43,002 nucleotides of DNA. It comes from Candidatus Magasanikbacteria bacterium RIFOXYC2_FULL_42_28 (GTDB lineage: Bacteria > Patescibacteriota > Patescibacteriia > Magasanikbacterales > GWA2-37-8). The notes under the pieces were generated by a model that saw only the letters and a program-made list of their open reading frames with translations, ran no database searches and was not told the origin of the DNA. Of the stretch, positions 36,758-43,002 are shown piece after piece (the stretch's first letter is position 1; the number at the start of each line of letters is the position of its first letter). The stretch spans positions 137 to 43,138 of the forward strand of contig MFQZ01000007.1 of the NCBI GenBank assembly GCA_001784435.1, given 5' to 3'. The position numbers and the translations under genes are program-made.

Positions 36758-39364
36758 TCATTTCGCCAGCTTTATCTGCCGACTTCTAAAAAACCACTTG
36801 GCAATCTCAATCAAGACAATGTTCAGTAAACCGACCAGCGCGACACCCACCACCCAACTGAAAGGCAATGCCACCGTGTTGAAAACCGCTTGTAGTCCTG
36901 GTAAATAGATAGCCACGGCCATCAGGACAAGGCCGACGAGAATTCCGCCGTTAAGGTAATGATTGGAAAAGAGCGGATACGAAAGAATGCTTCGGTCTAA
37001 ACTGCGTACCGACAGTGCGACCAGTAAGGTGTAAGTGCCAAAAGAAGCGAAGATAAAAGTGCGGACGATCGCCTCATCATAGCCGAGTTGCGTCAAAAAA
37101 TAATAAAGAACAAAAAGCAGGGCGCTGGTGGAAAGACCAACGACCAGAATCAAAAATTTCATGACTGGATCAAAAAGTTTTATCTGACCGCGTTTTAATG
37201 GTTGGTGTTTAAGACCATCCGGCTCTTGTTCAAACGCGTATGAAATCGCCGGAAAACTATCGGCAAAAAAATTAACCCAAAGAATCTGGAGCGGATTGAG
37301 AGGCAAAGGCAAACCGGTCAAAAGCGAACCGCCAATAAGAATGAGCCCATCCGCGACGTTGGAAAGAAGATAAACGAGCACTTTGCGAATATTACCAAGA
37401 ATCTGCCGACCTTCTTCAATCGCCGCAACAATGGTTTCAAAATTATCATCCAGAAGCACCAAATCAGCCACGCTCTGCGCCACCTCTGTGCCCGAACCCA
37501 TCGCAATACCCACATCCGCTTGCTTGATACTCGGCGCGTCATTCACGCCATCGCCCGTCATCGCCACCACTTCGCCCATTGCTTGATAAAGTTTGGCAAT
37601 GCGCAATTTGTCAAACGGCGTCACGCGAGCAATAACCACTAGCCCCGGCAAACGCGCGCGCAATTCCACTTCCGATAGTTGCGCGAGTTCGGACGCGTCT
37701 AGCACCGACTGCTTATCAATTTTCATGCCGATCTCTTTGGCCACGGCCATAGCGGTCCCGCGATGATCACCGGTCATAATCACGGTCTTAACACCGGCCT
37801 CCCGCACTCGGTCAATCGCGTGTTTAATGCCGGGCCGAATTGGATCACGAAAAGTAATCAAACCATTCCACGACAAACCGGTCAAAGAAACATCTTTAGC
37901 AATAGAAAAATTTTCCGTGTGGGCAATCTCTTTGGTGGCGACACCAAGCACGCGTTCTCCGGAAAGCGCGAGCGTGTCAATCTGCTCTATCAGCGCGTCC
38001 TTTTCTTTGGCGCCAAACGAAGAATGATTTAATAAAATATCAGGCGCGCCGAAAAATACCAACAAATGCTTGCCCGATTCTTTTACCAAAGATACGGAGA
38101 ATTTCTGCACGGCGTTAAACGGCCTATTTTGAAGCACATGCTCTTTGGCGGTAATCTCGGCCAACGCCAGCCCGCGCATACCGGCCGACCGCACGAGAGC
38201 CGTTTCCATAATTCGGCCATTCATCCGCCACGACTCCGGATCATCGGTCGGATTTTCAATGAGCACATCCGCGTTAATCAAAGCCCGCGCCAATAACTTC
38301 TCTTCGTTAATCTCAAACGGAATAAGTTTGGACAGCATCATTTTCGCCATTGTCAAAGTTCCGGTTTTATCAGTCAAAATAACAGTGGTACTGCCGAGCG
38401 CCTCGGCCGCGACCAATTTTCTCACCACCCCTTTGCGCTTGGCCATCCGCTCCACTCCAACCGCGAGAATAACGGTCATTGATATTGGCAAGCCCTCGGG
38501 AATAGCCGACACCGCTATCGCGACGGCGGTAAGAAACATATCAAAAGGAGAATACCCGACCAAAATACCAATCCCAAAAACCACAACCGTCAATGCTCCC
38601 AGAGCAATACTGGAATAGATACTTAAATTAATAATGGCTTTTTGCAGTGGTGTTTTTTCATTTTCCGAAGTGGCGATAAGCGTGGCAATCTGACCGAGCT
38701 CGGTGCTGGAATCAGTACGGCAGACAATCGCCGCGCCCACCCCTTGGGTAACCAATGTGCCGGCAAAAATCATTGAGTCCTGATCCGAAAGTCCGGCCAA
38801 TTCCGGCGAAATATCGATTGATTTTGAAACCGGCAATGATTCACCGGTAAGCACGGCTTCGTCCACCTGAAAATCATTAACAAACAGCACGCGCGCGTCC
38901 GCCGGCACCCGATCGCCCTGCGCCAAACGAATAATATCACCGGGCACTAACTCTTCGGCGTCAATCTCTCGCTCTTTACCAGCACGGATAACTCGCGCCC
39001 GTTGTTTAAGATAAGTCTTTAATTCCGAAAGCGCGCGCTCCGCCTTATTCTCCTGATAAAATCCCAAAGCGGAATTGACAATAACGGCCACGAAAATAAA
39101 AACGGCATCACGATAATGTGAAATAGCCAAAGTAACAATTCCGGCCACAATCAAAACCAAAATCAAAGGACTCTTTAACTGATTAAGAAATATTTTCAAT
39201 CCGGCCGATTTTTTGGAAGCGCTAATGGTATTTTTTCCAAAAGTCAAAAGCCGGTCTTGGACATCTTGCTCGGATAATCCTTTTTTTATATCGGTCGCGA
39301 ATAACTCGGCTGTTTCGTCAAATGATAAATGCCAAAATTTTTTAGTTTGGATGTTAGAATTCAT
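36758..39364 (-). CDS. Cation-translocating P-type ATPase (type II, Ca2+-ATPase-like)
   Basis: Motifs TGES, IPEGLP, DKTGT, TGD and GDGVND. Confidence 0.95.
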   Translation of the reverse strand: MNSNIQTKKFWHLSFDETAELFATDIKKGLSEQDVQDRLLTFGKNTISASKKSAGLKIFLNQLKSPLILVLIVAGIVTLAISHYRDAVFIFVAVIVNSALGFYQENKAERALSELKTYLKQRARVIRAGKEREIDAEELVPGDIIRLAQGDRVPADARVLFVNDFQVDEAVLTGESLPVSKSIDISPELAGLSDQDSMIFAGTLVTQGVGAAIVCRTDSSTELGQIATLIATSENEKTPLQKAIINLSIYSSIALGALTVVVFGIGILVGYSPFDMFLTAVAIAVSAIPEGLPISMTVILAVGVERMAKRKGVVRKLVAAEALGSTTVILTDKTGTLTMAKMMLSKLIPFEINEEKLLARALINADVLIENPTDDPESWRMNGRIMETALVRSAGMRGLALAEITAKEHVLQNRPFNAVQKFSVSLVKESGKHLLVFFGAPDILLNHSSFGAKEKDALIEQIDTLALSGERVLGVATKEIAHTENFSIAKDVSLTGLSWNGLITFRDPIRPGIKHAIDRVREAGVKTVIMTGDHRGTAMAVAKEIGMKIDKQSVLDASELAQLSEVELRARLPGLVVIARVTPFDKLRIAKLYQAMGEVVAMTGDGVNDAPSIKQADVGIAMGSGTEVAQSVADLVLLDDNFETIVAAIEEGRQILGNIRKVLVYLLSNVADGLILIGGSLLTGLPLPLNPLQILWVNFFADSFPAISYAFEQEPDGLKHQPLKRGQIKLFDPVMKFLILVVGLSTSALLFVLYYFLTQLGYDEAIVRTFIFASFGTYTLLVALSVRSLDRSILSYPLFSNHYLNGGILVGLVLMAVAIYLPGLQAVFNTVALPFSWVVGVALVGLLNIVLIEIAKWFFRSRQIKLAK

Positions 39365-39431
39365 AGAGCTTGCGCTTAAACCACAAACGCTCGGGGTTGT
39401 CTTTTAGGTAGGCGAGGTATTGTTTGAGCAT
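39354..39431 (-). pseudogene. 25-aa N-terminal remnant of a small membrane-protein gene, cut at the ATPase start
   Basis: MLKQYLAYLKDNPERLWFKRKLYEF; resembles the start of a WFKRKLYGWGW-type family (from memory). Confidence 0.4.
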
Positions 39432-39436
39432 ATGTT

Positions 39437-39730
39437 TTATTTATGTTTTAATAATTTCTCGGCCGGAGATAGACCATTAAGGGCTTGGTGCGGAAAATAA
39501 TTCCAGGCGTCGCTAACCAGCTCAAGTATATTCTCCAATTCCGAAGCACCACCACCGCGGTCAAACATGGCCACGACTTTCATCATATCGTCGCTATCCT
39601 CTTCGTGAAAAATGGCGTCTTTAACATGCTGTAACGAAAAATCACTTTCGGTTTCTTTAAGCATATCTACGAGCTCCCGCTCGATCTCTTTTCGGCGTTC
39701 TATAATTTGTTGTTTTGATTCGGTTGACAT
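39437..39730 (-). CDS. Hypothetical acidic protein (97 aa)
   Basis: Start moved to MSTESK; conserved-looking tail DAWNYFPH..L.GLSPAE. Confidence 0.7.
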   Translation of the reverse strand: MSTESKQQIIERRKEIERELVDMLKETESDFSLQHVKDAIFHEEDSDDMMKVVAMFDRGGGASELENILELVSDAWNYFPHQALNGLSPAEKLLKHK

Positions 39731-39882
39731 AAATTTATTTCCCTGATTTTTTCCGATTATCGTCTTTGCACAACAATAGTATCCTGTTGTGTGGCGATTT
39801 CCTTTTGCATAATTTGTAAATTTGTTAAATTTGTCATTTTCTGGCCGGCCGGCAAATGGCATATGGCACTTTTTGCCCAGTT

Positions 39883-41373
39883 TTAGAGGATAGATTGATC
39901 ATGTTTTTTGCCATTTTCAACACCCCCTGCAAATGCGGTATCTACCTTTTTGGGAATATCTACACCGACTTTTTTGTAGTAAACTAAACCCTTGAAACCG
40001 CTATCTATTTTCTGTAACAGCCCTTTGTCTGTCCAGACCTTAAAATATCGAGACATTTTTATAGTATCGGTAATTCCAGTAATATCTCGAGCTTGTTTGT
40101 TATTAATTCTATAATTATTATCAAGATATTTGCTTACGGTATCCCAATATTCAATTCTCTGCAAATTCAATAAAACAAGTAAAACAGAATTTGGTCTTAT
40201 TGTTGGTGGTACAAATAATGGTTCATAGAGGTTTTGTTCTTTCATTACTTTATACATACGATCGACACCTTCGCCAATATCAAGATTAGGTGCCGACTGA
40301 AAACGATTGAGTGTTCTTAAAATTATCGGATTACGAGCAAATCTTTCTGATCGTATGTTGGTAGTTGTAATATGGCCAGGATATGTACCAGGACTCTCAA
40401 TTTCTACACGGTCATCAAATAATCTAACCTGAATATCGTCCTGCACAAAATAATTACGATGAATGACAGCATTGGTTATTGCTTCTTGATAAGCCCATTC
40501 CGGAACCATAAAAGTAGGATTAAAAGATGCACCAGATAATTTGGGAGGAGATTTTTTTACAATCTCCTCTCTAAAATACGCTACGGCTTTTTCAATTTGC
40601 TTTAACAGGGGGCCTTCAATAGTGAATGGTCGTGATACAAAATTTGGTTTTCCAGAGAAAGACGGACTTGTTCCATAATAATGTGATATCTTTATCCCAC
40701 ATTTATTTTTTAATAAAACGGATGGGTTTTTGCTAAACAACAAAGCCCCTGCTTTTGTTAATTCATATTTACCAGACTGTTGTAATGCCAAGCCGTTATC
40801 TTTTAAAAATTGCCAATTATCAACACCTTCACTTGATGTATCTTTTTTATATTGATTTAATAATTCGTTATCAAGATCGTCTAATTCATAAACCCCAGAT
40901 TTTTCATTCTCAAATTTTATAGAACCTTTTTCATACTTAAGACGCATTATTTCTGTTGATCCGATTTTTGTATTTTGGCATCCTTTTCTTACAAAAGTAT
41001 TTCCTCTTTTTAAGGAATGGACATCATCTCCTTTTTTAATATTAATAACCATTAACTTATCAGCTTGTCCAGATACATTGATAATGTCTAACTCGAATTT
41101 ACTCCAAAGCATTAATGGCGGATCTATCTCCTTATCAATAAGTCTTAAAAAGTCAGAAGCATTGTCAGGTTTTTCGCTTATACCAATTAATCTTTTTTCG
41201 CCCTGAGCCTTTGCAGGATCTTCCAAGCCAATTACAATAAAACCACCTTCGGTATTCGCAAAAGCTATGGCTGTTTCTAATAGTTTGGAGGGATCAATGG
41301 CGACTCTTTTGCATTCAAAAGATTGCCATTCTTGCATCTCTAAAAATAATTTTACAATTTCTTTATCTTCCAT
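39883..41373 (-). CDS. AlbA_2/Schlafen-domain protein with an HATPase_c_4 (RecG-C-like) domain and C-terminal HTH
   Basis: Motifs E...FECK, AFANTEGG..VIG, EA..NA..HR.Y, SPG, RNP and GEG; AT-rich relative to the upstream ATPase. Confidence 0.85.
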   Translation of the reverse strand: MEDKEIVKLFLEMQEWQSFECKRVAIDPSKLLETAIAFANTEGGFIVIGLEDPAKAQGEKRLIGISEKPDNASDFLRLIDKEIDPPLMLWSKFELDIINVSGQADKLMVINIKKGDDVHSLKRGNTFVRKGCQNTKIGSTEIMRLKYEKGSIKFENEKSGVYELDDLDNELLNQYKKDTSSEGVDNWQFLKDNGLALQQSGKYELTKAGALLFSKNPSVLLKNKCGIKISHYYGTSPSFSGKPNFVSRPFTIEGPLLKQIEKAVAYFREEIVKKSPPKLSGASFNPTFMVPEWAYQEAITNAVIHRNYFVQDDIQVRLFDDRVEIESPGTYPGHITTTNIRSERFARNPIILRTLNRFQSAPNLDIGEGVDRMYKVMKEQNLYEPLFVPPTIRPNSVLLVLLNLQRIEYWDTVSKYLDNNYRINNKQARDITGITDTIKMSRYFKVWTDKGLLQKIDSGFKGLVYYKKVGVDIPKKVDTAFAGGVENGKKHDQSIL

Positions 41374-41377
41374 ATAG

Positions 41378-41581
41378 TTATTTTTTAGTTTTAGGTTTTG
41401 GTTTTGTAATATTACTCGACTCGTCCAAAAATGCGTTCAGATCTGATTGCCTAATCCGCCAAGTACCAAGTTTGGATGCCTTAAGCCGTCCGGATTCAAT
41501 ATAGCGGTTTACGGTTCTGGTATGTACTCTTAATATTTTGGCGATTTCGGTTATTGTAAAAAGTTTTTCAATGTCATTCAT
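41378..41581 (-). CDS. Excisionase-like HTH_17 DNA-binding protein
   Basis: LFT..EIA.IL.VH..TV.RYI..G.LKA.K.G.WRI. Confidence 0.85.
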   Translation of the reverse strand: MNDIEKLFTITEIAKILRVHTRTVNRYIESGRLKASKLGTWRIRQSDLNAFLDESSNITKPKPKTKK

Positions 41582-41851
41582 AAAATATTATTTAACTTTT
41601 AGACCTTGATACCATTTTACTCTTTATGATTTGTATTGTCAAAATTACGCAATTTTGTCATAATAGACTTATAATGACAAACTACTGCTTTTGTCCTTAT
41701 TATTTTTGAACACCCAGATAAATGGCGATAAAACCGTGATTTCGTATCAAAAACCCTTTCAAATGATCTTTGACCGAGTATCCAATATAACTCACAAAAA
41801 AGCCCGTAGATAAAGAGAAAAGCAGAGCTTTTGGCTCTGCTCATCCCATAT

Positions 41852-42034
41852 GGCTCCGCGAGACTAGGCGCTTCGCTATTCGAAGTCGTCGCTTCGCTCC
41901 TCCCACGAAAACCTTGCGCCACCGCTGAAGCTTTGGCGACACGCGGTCGGGTTTTCGTGAACTTTCCTCCGCATGTGAAAACTCCTCCGCCAAAGGCGAA
42001 CAGGCTGTTTTCACCCTTTCCCGTTCGAATCCAG
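41852..42034 (-). mobile_element. tRNA-linked mini-element type II with a degenerate tRNA-Asn 3' end and nested inserts
   Basis: ggctccgcgagactagg plus a core homologous to 25786-25891. Confidence 0.7.
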
Positions 42035-42086
42035 ATTCCAAAACAATAAAATAAATACCCGCTAAAAAGCTGGTATTTATTTTATG

Positions 42087-42144
42087 GCTCCGGGACTAGG
42101 ATTTACCCCTACGCTACGCTTCGGGGCATAAACTTCTCATCCTT
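42087..42144 (-). mobile_element. tRNA-linked mini-element type I with a duplicated tRNA-Asn 3' end
   Basis: 17-nt direct repeat gctccgggactaggatt (42087-42103 = 42196-42212); core matches 24177-24220. Confidence 0.7.
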
Positions 42145-42196
42145 TGCCACAGAATATAATTAAAAAATAGGACAAAAGTCCTATTTTTTAATTATG

Positions 42197-42268
42197 CTCC
42201 GGGACTAGGATTCGAACCTAGGATATCCACGTTAACAGCGTGGCGTTGTACCACTCAACTATCCCGGA
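42197..42268 (-). tRNA. tRNA-Asn(GTT)
   Basis: TCCGGGATAGTTGAGTGGTACAACGCCACGCTGTTAACGTGGATATCCTAGGTTCGAATCCTAGTCCCGGAG. Confidence 0.95.
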
Positions 42269-42312
42269 ATTGGTACGCTTCATTCTGATTATTCCGGCTA
42301 TTAAGTGAAAAA

Positions 42313-42362
42313 CTACTCTCCGCCCAAAGCGGATCAGCCTCGGGCTGAAACTATCCCGGAAT
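42313..42362 (-). pseudogene. 5' fragment of a second tRNA-Asn copy, interrupted by a 30-bp double hairpin
   Basis: aactatcccggaat duplicates the tRNA 5' end; the insert at 42319-42348 sits in the D stem. Confidence 0.7.
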
Positions 42363-42363
42363 T

Positions 42364-42412
42364 AAAAACCCGCCTCTTCGGCGGATTTAATTTTGTAATA
42401 TTAAATTCACCG
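42364..42412 (-). terminator. Attenuator with terminator (3:4) and competing antiterminator (2:3)
   Basis: AAATCCGCC-GAAGA-GGCGGGTTT+TT terminator; CGGTGAATTTAA (42401-42412) pairs with TTAAATCCGCCG (42379-42390). Confidence 0.8.
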
Positions 42413-42413
42413 G

Positions 42414-42473
42414 CTAAACAAGCGGATTATTATTGTTATTATTATTGGCAACAATAGTAGTGAATTTCTTCAT
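42414..42473 (-). CDS. Poly-Asn leader peptide MKKFTTIVANNNNNNNPLV
   Basis: ATG AAG AAA TTC ACT ACT ATT GTT GCC AAT AAT AAT AAC AAT AAT AAT CCG CTT GTT TAG. Confidence 0.85.
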   Translation of the reverse strand: MKKFTTIVANNNNNNNPLV

Positions 42474-42483
42474 ATATAACGAT

Positions 42484-42512
42484 ATTATAACACATTTTGA
42501 CGGTTTTGTCAA
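42484..42512 (-). promoter_or_regulatory. Consensus sigma70 promoter of the leader/tRNA-Asn transcript
   Basis: TTGACA (42507-42512), 17 bp, TG-n-TATAAT (42484-42489). Confidence 0.88.
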
Positions 42513-42521
42513 TACACTTAT

Positions 42522-43001
42522 TTATCTAATACACGCGCCATTTAGACAACCCTTAGAACAATTCACTCGCCGTTTATTAAGCGTACGACCACTGCAATTA
42601 AATTCTAATAATCCATCGCGGATTAAGCCGGCATCAGTATTTTCAATAATATCACCTTCGCAAATATCACTAAATGTTGTTAAAAAGGCCGGGGCACCGC
42701 CGATAACGCTGTACAAAGAATTACTGCCGGCAATATAAACATCATCCTCGTTTTCCTTGTCCGCGCTATCGCAATAATTAGTGGTACTCTCGCTACCTCT
42801 ACTCACACACAACCCATTGGCGCAGGTCTGACCAGTTGGACATGCTACCGAAGTTTCATCGGCTCCTCCGAGAGAAACGTTACACGAAAATTCATCAACC
42901 GCCCCCGATAAACAACTATCCACATTAACCGAAGTGGCGCCAGTAGCATTATTAGTTACCACAGTCATACCAACAAAACCGACATCAACTCCATAATCAT
43001 T
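42522..43001 (-). CDS. C-terminal part (5'-partial) of a Cys-rich extracellular protein
   Basis: Frame is open to the window edge; repeated C...C.NG.C motifs (CPTGQTCANGLC, CSKGCLNGAC). Confidence 0.7.
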   Translation of the reverse strand, partial: NDYGVDVGFVGMTVVTNNATGATSVNVDSCLSGAVDEFSCNVSLGGADETSVACPTGQTCANGLCVSRGSESTTNYCDSADKENEDDVYIAGSNSLYSVIGGAPAFLTTFSDICEGDIIENTDAGLIRDGLLEFNCSGRTLNKRRVNCSKGCLNGACIR

Positions 43002-43002
43002 A

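Noticed and set aside
39731-39862. N-terminal extension of the 141-aa ORF
   Set aside because: Low-information sequence with short AAATTTGT repeats; the internal ATG at 39730 is the more plausible start.
41617-42049. ORFs 41617..41922, 41831..42049 and 41841..42041 (also 25782..26258)
   Set aside because: They are translations of palindromic tRNA-linked elements and tRNA sequence, with no recognisable domains.
41821-42270. CRISPR array interpretation of the repeated tRNA-Asn ends
   Set aside because: There are only three copies, with unequal spacing. The repeats are tRNA 3' ends, the intervening sequences are structured and recur elsewhere, and no cas genes are present.
42426-42446. The (AAT)n run as a plain microsatellite or poly-Ile frame
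   Set aside because: The single variant triplet is synonymous only in the Asn frame. The Ile frame has no ATG and an upstream TGA. The run sits in an ATG-TAG ORF with attenuator helices upstream of tRNA-Asn.
42433-42738. Plus-strand 101-aa ORF
   Set aside because: It is the antisense shadow of the leader, the promoter and the Cys-rich gene.

Overview
A 43 kb, mostly minus-strand chromosomal window. Gene content and style (TrmB HTH, Gmad2 and lamin-tail surface proteins, weak RBSs, many tiny palindromic repeats) suggest a Patescibacteria/CPR genome; this is inference. It holds six tRNA genes: Pro, Phe with a group I intron, Ala, Ser-CGA, Ser-TGA and Asn. It also holds a complete his operon (hisG-D-C-phosphatase-B-H-[A::F fusion]-IE) with a TrpR-like regulator and a His-His leader peptide, plus ahcY, recQ, engB, typA, metal and drug transporters, a GC-rich radical SAM gene and an AlbA_2/Schlafen-domain gene. 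The main finding is at 42364-42512 (minus strand): a consensus sigma70 promoter drives a 19-aa leader peptide with seven consecutive Asn codons (MKKFTTIVANNNNNNNPLV), followed by competing antiterminator and terminator hairpins. The first gene downstream is tRNA-Asn itself, so this looks like a ribosome-mediated attenuator of a tRNA gene. The Ser and Asn tRNA loci also carry two families of small structured elements that regenerate tRNA 3' ends, and degenerate tRNA copies interrupted by exact 30-bp double-hairpin inserts. All calls come from reading the sequence; no database searches were run.
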